From the NCBI GenBank assembly GCA_017460085.1, contig JAFUBQ010000007.1, positions 1,046 to 65,045 of the forward strand: DNA of 64,000 bases. Reading direction: 5' to 3'. Each line of letters begins with the position of its first letter. Position 1 is the first letter of the stretch. Below the pieces are notes generated by a model, which worked only from the letters and a program-made list of their open reading frames with translations, made no database searches and had not been told where the DNA came from. This document shows, one piece after another, positions 30,299 to 39,951 of the stretch. Source of the stretch: Alphaproteobacteria bacterium. Lineage in GTDB: Bacteria; Pseudomonadota; Alphaproteobacteria; RF32; CAG-239. A program made the position numbers and the translations under genes.

Positions 30299-32560
30299 TT
30301 ATAAGCTGGTACCGAAGTTCAAGCGGAAAACTTCTTTTTCATCGTAACGTTCTTTAACAATCGGAAAACCAAAGTCAAGGTCAATTTTACCCATTGGCGA
30401 CAGCCAGTCAAAACCAAAACCGACCGATTGTCTGATTTTATCCGAATATAATACCGGATGATACGGGTCTTTCATATTATCCGGCTTGCCCAAAGCACCT
30501 AAATCCCAGAACAAACGGCCTTTAACGCCAAGTTCGTCCAAACCGATTGGGAACAAGGTTTCTACGCCTGAATACATCATCCAGTTACCGCCTAAAGCGT
30601 CGTTTGTCTGTGCATCTCTGGCACCTATACCGGCAAATTCAAAACCACGCATATTTTGTCCGCCTAAATAGAAACGGTCAAACAAACGCACATCTTTGCC
30701 GCCGTAGCCTTTAATATATCCGGCTGTTGCAAAGAACTTAAACGTAAAGAAATCGGCAAGTGTGTAGAATTTATAGGCCTTTGCCTCAAATTTATTATAT
30801 TTGTTGTTACCACCCACACCGGCAATATCGTGGCTCAGCGATAAGAAGTAACCTTCTTTGGTATTGTAAGCATTATCACGCTTATCATATACCAAAGTTT
30901 GCCCAATTGCCGAGGTTGTTGTTTTACCTTCTTCATTTTTAATAAAGTAAGAAGCATTGTCTTTAACGTGGCGAACTTCGTTTTCACTCAACGTATAACG
31001 AACATAATGTCCAAAGTCGTCAGTATAGTTCCACCCCATGCGCAAACGGCCGCCGTATGTTGAGGTATCATAAGAAGCCTCATCTTTATAATCTTGCTCT
31101 TGCATAAATAAATCGGCACCGGCGCTCAAACGTCTGTTTAAGAAATATGGTTCCGTAAAGCTCAAAGTAACATCTTGCGTTCTTTGCGAAATACCAAAGT
31201 TAATACCTGCCTGTTGCCCTTTGCCGCGGAAGTTGTTTTCCGTTACACCGGCACGGAACAAAGCACCGTTGGTTGTTGAATAACCGACACCAACGTTGAA
31301 GTAACCGGTAGATTTTTCTTCAACCTTAACATCTAAGTTAGCCTTATCCGGCGCAGTTTGCGTGGTTTCAATATCCACTTTGCTGAAGTAATTCAAATTT
31401 TCTACATTGCGGCGCGAATCACGAATTTTTGAATAGTTCATTGCATCGCCTTCAGCCACGCGAAATTCGCGGCGAATTACTTCGTCCATTGTGCGGTCAT
31501 TACCGGTAATGTTAATGCGATCAATAAAGATACGGTCACCTTCATAAACATTAAACACAATGTCAACTTTGCCGTTTTCGACATCGCGCACCAATTCCGG
31601 TTCCACATTAACAAATGCAACACCGCGTTTTCCTAAATAATCGGTCATCTGCGAAACGGTTTTTTCCACATCGCTCTGTTTATACCAATCACCTTCGTCA
31701 ACTTCAATTTCGCCATATAAATCATCGGCATTAACATTTGCCATATGAGATTTTACGCTTACTTTGTTAACTTCATAGCGCGGACCTTCATCTAAAGAAT
31801 AGGTTAAAATAAACGATTTTTTATCTTCGCTTAATTCTGCCACGGCTGATTTTACCGCAAAATCGGCATAACCGCGGTCGGTATAGAAGCGGCGCAGCAA
31901 TTCTTTATCATATTCCATTTTTTCGGCATCATAATTTTCTTTAGAGCTGAAAATTCGATACCAACGGCTTTCTTTGCTCATAATTTCTTCTTGCAAATCA
32001 GAGCTAGAATAGTGCGTATTACCTAAGAAATTGATTTTATCAATCTTTGCCGTAGCGCCTTCATCAATTTCATAAATTAAATCTACGCGGTTTTCATCAC
32101 GCTCAATAATTTTCGGCTCAACCGTAACCGTATAGCGTCCGGTTTTACGATACACATCTAAAATGCGCTGAACATCTTGCTGAACTTTTGCTTTTTCAAA
32201 AATAGAGCGTGGGCCTAACTGCACCTCTTTTTCTAAAATTTTATCATCAATCTTGTCATTGCCGTCAAAAGCGCGTTTGCCGATAATCGGGTTTTCAACT
32301 ACATTAACTTTAAGTACATTTCCCGTAGTGTCAAAGTTAATATCGCTGAACAGACCCGTTTCATACAAACTCTTAAACGCATTATCCAATGCATCTTGCG
32401 ACACATTGCTGTTTTGCGGCAAGTTCAAATATGACAGCACTGTGGCTTTTTCCACACGCTGCAAACCGTTAACTTCAATGTCTTTAACATACAAACCTTG
32501 CGCGTTTGCCTGCAAAGCCATAAAGCCCGATAATATACCTACATATAATAGTTTTTTCAT
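30299..32560 (-). CDS. bamA: Outer membrane protein assembly factor BamA
   Basis: Signal peptide, POTRA repeats (GLQRV, GNDRT..VIRRE), MRGF motif, SPMG, C-terminal FNFG-like strand. Confidence 0.97.
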   Translation of the reverse strand: MKKLLYVGILSGFMALQANAQGLYVKDIEVNGLQRVEKATVLSYLNLPQNSNVSQDALDNAFKSLYETGLFSDINFDTTGNVLKVNVVENPIIGKRAFDGNDKIDDKILEKEVQLGPRSIFEKAKVQQDVQRILDVYRKTGRYTVTVEPKIIERDENRVDLIYEIDEGATAKIDKINFLGNTHYSSSDLQEEIMSKESRWYRIFSSKENYDAEKMEYDKELLRRFYTDRGYADFAVKSAVAELSEDKKSFILTYSLDEGPRYEVNKVSVKSHMANVNADDLYGEIEVDEGDWYKQSDVEKTVSQMTDYLGKRGVAFVNVEPELVRDVENGKVDIVFNVYEGDRIFIDRINITGNDRTMDEVIRREFRVAEGDAMNYSKIRDSRRNVENLNYFSKVDIETTQTAPDKANLDVKVEEKSTGYFNVGVGYSTTNGALFRAGVTENNFRGKGQQAGINFGISQRTQDVTLSFTEPYFLNRRLSAGADLFMQEQDYKDEASYDTSTYGGRLRMGWNYTDDFGHYVRYTLSENEVRHVKDNASYFIKNEEGKTTTSAIGQTLVYDKRDNAYNTKEGYFLSLSHDIAGVGGNNKYNKFEAKAYKFYTLADFFTFKFFATAGYIKGYGGKDVRLFDRFYLGGQNMRGFEFAGIGARDAQTNDALGGNWMMYSGVETLFPIGLDELGVKGRLFWDLGALGKPDNMKDPYHPVLYSDKIRQSVGFGFDWLSPMGKIDLDFGFPIVKERYDEKEVFRLNFGTSL

Positions 32561-32576
32561 GTTTTTTTCCCTTATA

Positions 32577-33827
32577 CTAGTCAAACCAACGACTTATTAA
32601 ATGCACAACATCATTCCATGTTGCCAAGACCATTATGGCCAAAATAATAATAATGCCTAACTTAAAGATAAAATCCTTAATTTTAGTATTTAAATCACGA
32701 CCGGTTAACATTTCGATAAAAAATATAACAAAATTACCGCCGTCAAGCACCGGAATCGGCAACAGGTTAATCAACCCCAAATTAACCGATAACAGCGCCA
32801 TAAAATAAATAAAACTGATTAATCCGCCTTTTTTGCTCACATCACCGGACATTTCGGCAATGCGGATAATACCTCCGACTTCTTTTCCGCCGCGCTGACC
32901 GGTAATCATTTGCCCAACCGCGCGCAATGTATTGGCGGTTAAATCATAAGCTTCTTTAAAGCCGGCCTTAATAGCTGCACCGGCTGACATATCTGTTTCT
33001 GCAAACGTAACTTCTTGTGAAGAAATAACTCCAAGCATTCTCCGTTTAATTTTTTCACCGTTTTCCGGTGCATAAGCGGTTTCCCGCAAAATCACATTCA
33101 ATATCATCGGCCGTCTTATTTCTATTTCCGTTGTATCTGCATTTATATCGGCAACAGAAACATCTTTCTGCCCGTTCACGCTAACTAAAACATCAGTCGG
33201 TTGCAACAAATTTATATCATTGCCTTGCAATATCATCGGCCGCTCAATTTCAACTTCTATCTCGTCTTTGTCTGCAAGCATAACTTCATTGCTGATTTGG
33301 CTGAAATCTGTCGTTTCGTTGCCGTTAACCCGCTTAATTACATCTCCAACCATAATACCCGCTTCGGCTGCTGCACCGTTTTCCACCAAACCGCCAACAA
33401 CCGATGGAAACACCATTCTACCGAAGTTATAAAACAATCCGATGAAAATTAAAATGGCAAACAAATAATTAAACAGCGGGCCGGCTGCCACAATTGCCAG
33501 CTTTTTCCACGGCTTTTGCAATTGAAAAGCTCCCTTTTGCGCTTCAGCAGATAAATTTGAAACATCGGTTGATGTTGATGATGAAGCATCACCATCACCC
33601 AAAAACTGGCAATATCCGCCTAATGGTATGGCTGATATTTTCCACTTTGTACCATATTTATCTTTGCGGCTCCACAGTTCTTTGCCGAAACCAATTGAAA
33701 AATCGGTAACCGTTACACCCAGCCATCGTGCAATAATAAAATGCCCGAACTCATGCACAAAAACCAAAATGCCTAATAAAACAATAAACGGCACAATATA
33801 ATAAATAATATTCAGCAATGTCTCCAT
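32577..33827 (-). CDS. rseP: RIP metalloprotease RseP
   Basis: HEFGH, FSIGFG, IPLGGY, AGPLFN, PDZ region, NLLPIPVLDGG. Confidence 0.96.
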   Translation of the reverse strand: METLLNIIYYIVPFIVLLGILVFVHEFGHFIIARWLGVTVTDFSIGFGKELWSRKDKYGTKWKISAIPLGGYCQFLGDGDASSSTSTDVSNLSAEAQKGAFQLQKPWKKLAIVAAGPLFNYLFAILIFIGLFYNFGRMVFPSVVGGLVENGAAAEAGIMVGDVIKRVNGNETTDFSQISNEVMLADKDEIEVEIERPMILQGNDINLLQPTDVLVSVNGQKDVSVADINADTTEIEIRRPMILNVILRETAYAPENGEKIKRRMLGVISSQEVTFAETDMSAGAAIKAGFKEAYDLTANTLRAVGQMITGQRGGKEVGGIIRIAEMSGDVSKKGGLISFIYFMALLSVNLGLINLLPIPVLDGGNFVIFFIEMLTGRDLNTKIKDFIFKLGIIIILAIMVLATWNDVVHLISRWFD

Positions 33828-33846
33828 AATTTATTTTTCTCCTTTT

Positions 33847-34749
33847 TTATAGCAAATACATGAAGAACATATATACGAACGGAGCTGCAAAAATCAATCC
33901 GTCTACCCTATCAAACACTCCACCGTGCCCAGGAATGAGTTTTGAAGAATCTTTAACTCCAACCAAGCGCTTAATTGCCGATTCCACTAAATCACCAATT
34001 TGCGCCAACACCGCAATAACCGCAGCGCAAACAGCATAAAACAACTGACTGTTCACAGTCCATTCTTGATGAATATTTAGTGCTTTGTATGAAAATGAAA
34101 TATAGCGGAATTTACTGAAATCATAAAAAGGCATACCCATAACTTCAACACAAATATACATAAAGATAATACTTACCGAAACCGCAAGCAAAATACCGCC
34201 CATTAAACCTGACCAAGTTTTGTTCGGACTAATTGTCGGAGCCAATTTCGGACCGCGCAAATTACAACCGACAACCAAGCCACCTATATCCATACTCCAT
34301 ACAATGAGGAAGAACCACATCACCATCATAAAGCTATAGTTGTAGCGCGGGTCAAAACTTCCTTCACTAGGGTCAAACAACAAATACATCCAAACCAAAG
34401 CGCCGATACCAACTGAAATATATGGTACGCCAAGCGTTAACAATTTGCGGTGTTTTTCCTCGTTAGCAATAAACCAAGTGAAAAACGTTACAATTGCAAT
34501 CATCGGCAAAGCCAAATCCGTACTCCAAACAGATATAGCCAAACTTATCATATATGCAGTAACGTAATATGATGTTGTTTCCGCTTTTGAGAGCATTGTT
34601 GCCCACTCCCAAGCAAGCAAACCACCAACAACAATTGCCAGTGCCTCAATAAACGGACTGCCCAAATAAAGTGCTTCCAAAGCAATCGGAATCATCACAA
34701 TTGCCGCTAATATGCGTTTTGTAATAGCCCCAAATTTACGACTTACCAT
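33847..34749 (-). CDS. cdsA: Phosphatidate cytidylyltransferase
   Basis: ISPNKTWSG, GDLVESAIKR..GVKDS..IPGHGGVFDRVD. Confidence 0.96.
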   Translation of the reverse strand: MVSRKFGAITKRILAAIVMIPIALEALYLGSPFIEALAIVVGGLLAWEWATMLSKAETTSYYVTAYMISLAISVWSTDLALPMIAIVTFFTWFIANEEKHRKLLTLGVPYISVGIGALVWMYLLFDPSEGSFDPRYNYSFMMVMWFFLIVWSMDIGGLVVGCNLRGPKLAPTISPNKTWSGLMGGILLAVSVSIIFMYICVEVMGMPFYDFSKFRYISFSYKALNIHQEWTVNSQLFYAVCAAVIAVLAQIGDLVESAIKRLVGVKDSSKLIPGHGGVFDRVDGLIFAAPFVYMFFMYLL

Positions 34750-35440
34750 ATCTTCTCTCCCTTGTCTGATAATTTTCAACAATTTTCATCAGTTCTTCTT
34801 TTGTAAAATCCGGCCACAATGTCGGTGTAAAATAAAGCTCCGAATATGCCGCCTGCCATAATAAATAGTTGCTGATACGCATTTCACCGCTGGTGCGAAC
34901 TAGTAAATCAGGTTCCGGCATACCTGCGGTATAAAGCGCATCTGCAAACATTTTTTCATCAATATTTTGCACTGAAATTTCGCCATTTTGCACTTTTTGT
35001 GCCAAACAGCGCGCCGCTGCCGCAATTTCCTGTCGCCCGCCATAGCTTAATGCCACGCATAACGTTACATCGGTATTATTTACGGTTTGCCGTTCAATTT
35101 CCGACATTTTGGTTCTAATATCCTCGGCCAGCATTTGCCGCTCACCAATAAAAACAATGCGGGCATTATTTTCTTGCAGCTCCTTAAAACCACGCTCCAA
35201 ATATTGCCGCAGCAAATCCATTAAAGCTGCAACTTCTTCGGGTTCACGCTGCCAATTTTCGGTAGAAAACGCATACACGGTCATATATTTTATGCCTGCA
35301 GATTTTGCTGCTTTAGCAATTTCTACCAAAGTTTCCGCACCTTTTTTATGCCCTGCTGCAATCGGGAAACCGTGCTTTTTGGCCCAGCGCCGATTGCCGT
35401 CCATAATAAAAGCAATATGTGTCAAAAACTTTGTCGTCAC
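34736..35440 (-). CDS. uppS: Undecaprenyl diphosphate synthase
   Basis: HIAFIMDGNRRWA, YAFSTENW, PDLLVRTSGEMRISNYLLWQ. Confidence 0.97.
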   Translation of the reverse strand: MTTKFLTHIAFIMDGNRRWAKKHGFPIAAGHKKGAETLVEIAKAAKSAGIKYMTVYAFSTENWQREPEEVAALMDLLRQYLERGFKELQENNARIVFIGERQMLAEDIRTKMSEIERQTVNNTDVTLCVALSYGGRQEIAAAARCLAQKVQNGEISVQNIDEKMFADALYTAGMPEPDLLVRTSGEMRISNYLLWQAAYSELYFTPTLWPDFTKEELMKIVENYQTRERRYGKS

Positions 35441-35455
35441 GTTACTATGTCCTTT

Positions 35456-36016
35456 TTATACCTGCATAATATCTTTTTCTTTTGCGGCATATAAATCGTC
35501 AGCCTTTTTAATGGCTTCATCGGTCCATTTTTGAATGTCGTTATTATAGCGCTTTTCTTCATCTTCTGAAATTAACGCATCTTTTTTCATTTTTTTAACT
35601 TCGTCCATTGCATCGCGGCGAATATTGCGAATGGCAATTTTCCCCTGCTCTGCATATTTGCCGGCAACTTTTACCAGCTCTTTGCGGCGTTCTTCGCTCA
35701 GCGGCGGAATCGGAATACGAATAGTTTGGCCGTCGTTCATCGGATTCAAACCCAAATCACTTTCCAACAGAGCTTTTTCCACGCTTTTTAACAAACTTCT
35801 GTCCCATACACTAACCGATAAAGTGCGAGCATCAGGCACACCGATTGTTCCAACTTGATTAAGCGGAGTCATACTGCCATATGCATCAATCATAATCCCG
35901 TCCAGCAAACTGGCATGCGCACGACCGGCACGCAAACCGGCTAAATCGGCTTTTATATTATCCAAAGTTTTTTCCATACGAGCATTTGTATCTGTTTTAA
36001 GTTGATTATAATCCAT
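35456..36016 (-). CDS. frr: Ribosome recycling factor
   Basis: LRAGRA, SDLGLNP, PPLSEERRKELVK, IRNIRRD. Confidence 0.97.
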   Translation of the reverse strand: MDYNQLKTDTNARMEKTLDNIKADLAGLRAGRAHASLLDGIMIDAYGSMTPLNQVGTIGVPDARTLSVSVWDRSLLKSVEKALLESDLGLNPMNDGQTIRIPIPPLSEERRKELVKVAGKYAEQGKIAIRNIRRDAMDEVKKMKKDALISEDEEKRYNNDIQKWTDEAIKKADDLYAAKEKDIMQV

Positions 36017-36028
36017 TTTAACCTCACT

Positions 36029-36739
36029 TTATTTTATTATTGTATTTTTAATTTCACCGCACACGGCTTTAACCAGCGCCTCAGGTTCTTTCAACGCAAA
36101 AATCATCACCGGAAGTTTATTATCGGCCGCCATAGAAATTGCTGCCATATCCATCACATTCAAATGCTTAGCCAAAACATCGGCATAAGAAATATTTTCA
36201 TAGCGTTCCGCATTAGGGTTGCTGCGCGGGTCATCGCTATAAACACCGTCAACCTGCGTTGCTTTTAACAAAACATCACAATGCATTTCAATGGCACGCA
36301 GTGCTGCGCCGGTATCGGTGGTAAAATATGGGCTGCCGGTTCCGCCGGCGAAAATAATCACCGAACCTTGTTCTAGGTCTTGTAAAGCTTTTTCAAACTG
36401 ATATGTTTCACATGCCTGCGGCACGGCAAATCCGGAATATATTGTTGTCTTAACCCCTTTTTTCAATAAAGCCGCTTTCAAAGCCAGTGCATTCATCACC
36501 GTTGCCAACATGCCAACTTGGTCGGCCACACTGCGGTCCATATCGGCCGTAGCATTTTTAGCACCGCGGAAAAAATTGCCGCCACCAACCACAATGCAAA
36601 CTTGAACCCCAAAAGCAACAACGCGGGAAATTTGCGTTACTAATTCCCTTATCACATTTGTATCTATGCCGGTTTTACTTTCTCCCGCCAATCCTTCACC
36701 GGAAAGTTTAAGTAAAACTCTTTTAAACTTAGGTGCCAT
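36029..36739 (-). CDS. pyrH: UMP kinase
   Basis: RVLLKLSGE, GGGNFFRG, GMLATVMN, PYFTTD, VDGVY..DP. Confidence 0.97.
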   Translation of the reverse strand: MAPKFKRVLLKLSGEGLAGESKTGIDTNVIRELVTQISRVVAFGVQVCIVVGGGNFFRGAKNATADMDRSVADQVGMLATVMNALALKAALLKKGVKTTIYSGFAVPQACETYQFEKALQDLEQGSVIIFAGGTGSPYFTTDTGAALRAIEMHCDVLLKATQVDGVYSDDPRSNPNAERYENISYADVLAKHLNVMDMAAISMAADNKLPVMIFALKEPEALVKAVCGEIKNTIIK

Positions 36740-36844
36740 AAATTCCTCTTTGTTTTTGCAAAAACTACCTGTATGTTAGCGATTTTATTTTCTTTGTCAT
36801 TATTATTTTACAGTTTTTCAGCAGAATTTTTTTATAAATTTCAG

Positions 36845-36873
36845 TTGACAGCAATAACAAAATGTTGTAGCAT
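36845..36873 (+). promoter_or_regulatory. Sigma70-like promoter of the paralog cluster
   Basis: TTGACA (36845)-N17-TAGCAT (36868); the predicted TSS near 36880 coincides with the start of leader copy 1. Confidence 0.65.
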
Positions 36874-36880
36874 TTATATT

Positions 36881-37029
36881 AGAGCGTTGGTTAGCGCTTG
36901 CTGCCTGCCTTTAGGCAAATCCGGATGGAATAACCGCTTAAATTTATAAAAATAGTTGAAACTCTTAGCAGAAGGGATTTTTGACAGGCAGGCATCAAAA
37001 GTTTATATCCCGCTTAAGGAGTTAAAGCT
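36881..37029 (+). ncRNA. Conserved structured 5' leader, copy 1 (unknown motif)
   Basis: Shares ordered blocks AGAGCG..TTAGCGCTTGC, CCTGCC, AGGCAAATCCGGAYGGAATAA, AAGGGA, AGGCAGGCAT, TCCCG and AAGGAG with 38390-38533. Confidence 0.7.
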
Positions 37030-38379
37030 ATGACTGATACTAATTCCCTTAATTATGAAATTATCGAGCAACTGTTTCAAAACAGTGCGTGTTTAACGTA
37101 TAATCCTTTGGAACCGATGGCGGCATGGCAATATGCCAAAGAACTGCAGCAAAATTTTGAAAAAGAGCATAACTTAAAATATTCGCGCATCTGTTCAAAA
37201 TTTGCTAAAATGCGGCAAGGTCAATATAATGCCCGTTTTCACTATTTTGCCGATGGCACACTGGTGCATTGCTCAGAGCCGCAAAGTTTTTCTGAAAATG
37301 AAACAAATCGCTATGGAACGGAAGATTTAGAGAGAATTATGACGGCGCTCAAGATTCGCCGCTATCCGGTTAATAAAATTTACGGCCCGCAAAATCAAAT
37401 GGATGTGTTTTATTATTCCGATTTTTTACGCTACATTTCCTCACAGGCATTGTTGAAATATTCATACAAAGAAGACTTATATGTTGAGCCACTGCCCAAT
37501 AAAGAAGATTTCGTGCGCGAATGTTTTGCCAACGGCAATATTTTGCTAACCGCCTCAAAAGATGAGTTATTACCGCCATCTTGCCGTGAGTTTATGGCTT
37601 TGTTTGCCGACGGCCGTTATTATGTTTCTGAAGAATATCGCAGCCATTTAGGAACAAAAAATTATGGTAAAGTCAGCCGTTTTGATGCTGATTATTTGTT
37701 GCATTATTGCGTTATGGCCGAAGAATATATTCCGCAAGACTATCTTAATGCTCTTTATAAAGAAGCCGAAAAATATGAGTGGTTTTCTTCTGCTGAAGAA
37801 ACAATGGCAAGAATGCCTAAGCGCACAAATGTTGATGAATTAGTTAAAATGAACAAATACATTGATGATTTATTTAATAACCGCAATTGTTTAACGGTGG
37901 TCAATCCGGATATAAATTCAACTTTTATGTCGCCTGATTTTCAACAATATGCTGTGTTTTCCGATGGTTTAGTGGTTGCCGTATATCATGATGAAGATGA
38001 CAAGCCGTTTATGAAATCGCTCAAAAAATATTTTCCGGATTTAACTTTTCGTTTTGAAAAAATATCAAAGGAATATATGGAACAGCTATACCGCCGCTTG
38101 CCGGAGTTTCAAAAAGGCGCAACGGTAATATATGTTGAAATGCTTAAGCAAAAAGCTCGAAAATTAAAGCGAATGACTGATTTAACGCACATTGAAGCGC
38201 TTGATGTCGTGGCACAAATGGCCGGTTGGCAAAGTTGGAAAGCGGTTAAAATTGAAGATGAAGCGCACGCGCGGGAATTGATTGACGCCGAAAAATGGCG
38301 CAAAAATATGGCGGCAAATTTTAATGCCGAAAATCCGCTGGCGGAAGAATATCGCCGCTATTTGAAGCACCGCAGATGA
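37030..38379 (+). CDS. Hypothetical protein: three 'LT...F(A/S)DG' repeats plus a C-terminal helical domain (Glyoxalase_8/DUF5623-like from memory)
   Basis: Repeat cores HYFADG, ALFADG, AVFSDG; C-terminus LKQKARKLKRMTDLTHIEALDVVAQMAGWQSW; AAGGAG SD. Confidence 0.8.
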   Translation: MTDTNSLNYEIIEQLFQNSACLTYNPLEPMAAWQYAKELQQNFEKEHNLKYSRICSKFAKMRQGQYNARFHYFADGTLVHCSEPQSFSENETNRYGTEDLERIMTALKIRRYPVNKIYGPQNQMDVFYYSDFLRYISSQALLKYSYKEDLYVEPLPNKEDFVRECFANGNILLTASKDELLPPSCREFMALFADGRYYVSEEYRSHLGTKNYGKVSRFDADYLLHYCVMAEEYIPQDYLNALYKEAEKYEWFSSAEETMARMPKRTNVDELVKMNKYIDDLFNNRNCLTVVNPDINSTFMSPDFQQYAVFSDGLVVAVYHDEDDKPFMKSLKKYFPDLTFRFEKISKEYMEQLYRRLPEFQKGATVIYVEMLKQKARKLKRMTDLTHIEALDVVAQMAGWQSWKAVKIEDEAHARELIDAEKWRKNMAANFNAENPLAEEYRRYLKHRR

Positions 38380-38389
38380 TTGATGGATA

Positions 38390-38533
38390 AGAGCGCCGAT
38401 TAGCGCTTGCATCCTGCCCATAAGGCAAATCCGGACGGAATAATCATTTTTAAAACACAACTTTAATCAAAGGGAAAACAGCAATGAGGCAGGCATTGCA
38501 TATCATTCCCGTATTTTAAAAGGAGTATGTGTT
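38390..38533 (+). ncRNA. Conserved structured 5' leader, copy 2
   Basis: Same ordered blocks as copy 1, with a compensatory change in the GGGAW/WTCCC stem. Confidence 0.7.
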
Positions 38534-39940
38534 ATGAATACGCAAAATTTATTAGAAAAATTATTTAACGAAGGCAACTGCTTAACGTATGACTGGAAAT
38601 TTAATGCTCGCCGCAAGACAGAGAAAATGTGCGAGCAATTTATGCTGGAAAATCCACATAGTTTTTGCTTTGTGCAAAATAATAAAGTGCCGCTGCCACT
38701 ATTGAAACACACTGATTTTCAATATTTTTCCAATGGTGCACTGGTTATTTGTATGTGGCCGCAATGTGCCGATGAAGTTACTGAAAAAGCACGAAAAATT
38801 TTAGGATTGCACGGCTATGTTATAAAAGATGTTTATGCTCCGCAAAACAAAGAAGAATGGCAAGATTACTTCAAATTGCTTATTGATATTTGCGATAAAA
38901 CCAGAGAATTACCGGTTAATGATGAAGATTTAACGCTTCGCACCTTTAATTCGCCGGCCGAATTTGCTGACTATTGTTTTAACGGCAGCAATGTTTTACT
39001 CACTGCCTCCAAAGATAAAATTTTTGAGCCGAAATATCGGAAAATTCTGGCATTATTTAGCAACGGATTATATATGGTTGATGAACAATATAAGCATAGT
39101 GATAATTTTTACGGCGATGTGGAAACTAAGTTTTTTGAAGATTGTGTTTGTAATGAGCCGATGCTGCAACCGCTTTATGTGCCGCAAATTTATCTGCAGG
39201 CGCTCTATCAGCGAGCTAAGCAATATAATTGGTACAGTTCGCCTGAAGATGCAGCAAAAAATATGCCGCAAGTTAAAGATTCCGAGCTGGAAACGGCCGC
39301 CCAATATGCCGAAGATATTTTGCCAAACCGCAAGTGTGTCAGCATATTAACACCGCGTATAATTTATAGAGATATATTGCTTGATGAGATTTTAACATCT
39401 CCGGATTATCATCGCTATGTGTTGTTTGCTGACGGTAAATTAGTGCTTTCACAAAAATATTATAGCAATGAAAGAAAACAAAAGCATCTGTTAGAAGATT
39501 TGAAACGGAGTTTTCCATATATGCAATTTGCGGTGGAACTTGTGCCGGATTATTGCATAGATTATCTATATCAAGAAATTTATAAACGGCAAAAAAGTGC
39601 CCGCGATATATATTTGGAAATGATGCGGCAAAAGGCAATGCTTATTAGCACGGTGTTTGGCGTTCCGGTGGTTTTGGCGCAAGATGCGGCGGCACAGTTT
39701 GTCGGCTGGAAAAATTGGCAAGAAATGCAAACCGTAACAATTCCTCATGCCCGACATTTAATTGCCAACCAGCAAAATTTAGATAGACGCATGGAAAAGA
39801 ATGGTTATCAAAATGACGTTATTTATAACGCCATGGCTTATTTTGACCTATTGAAAGCGCAAAATATTCCATACGAAAATTCACAAGCCGTTTATCGGCA
39901 ACTGAAAGCCAATTTGGCAAATGCTAGAGCCAATAAATAA
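38534..39940 (+). CDS. Paralog 2 of the repeat-domain family
   Basis: LFNEGNCLTY, LLTASKD, LALFSNG, SPDY..YVLFADG, IYLEMMRQKA..GWKNW are collinear with 37030-38379. Confidence 0.8.
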   Translation: MNTQNLLEKLFNEGNCLTYDWKFNARRKTEKMCEQFMLENPHSFCFVQNNKVPLPLLKHTDFQYFSNGALVICMWPQCADEVTEKARKILGLHGYVIKDVYAPQNKEEWQDYFKLLIDICDKTRELPVNDEDLTLRTFNSPAEFADYCFNGSNVLLTASKDKIFEPKYRKILALFSNGLYMVDEQYKHSDNFYGDVETKFFEDCVCNEPMLQPLYVPQIYLQALYQRAKQYNWYSSPEDAAKNMPQVKDSELETAAQYAEDILPNRKCVSILTPRIIYRDILLDEILTSPDYHRYVLFADGKLVLSQKYYSNERKQKHLLEDLKRSFPYMQFAVELVPDYCIDYLYQEIYKRQKSARDIYLEMMRQKAMLISTVFGVPVVLAQDAAAQFVGWKNWQEMQTVTIPHARHLIANQQNLDRRMEKNGYQNDVIYNAMAYFDLLKAQNIPYENSQAVYRQLKANLANARANK

Positions 39941-39951
39941 CGGAGATTATA

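Noticed and set aside
36913-36933. c-di-GMP-I (GEMM) riboswitch, suggested by GGCAAA
   Set aside because: The GNRA-capped stem and the downstream GCAAA element of that family are not evident, so it is kept as an unknown motif.
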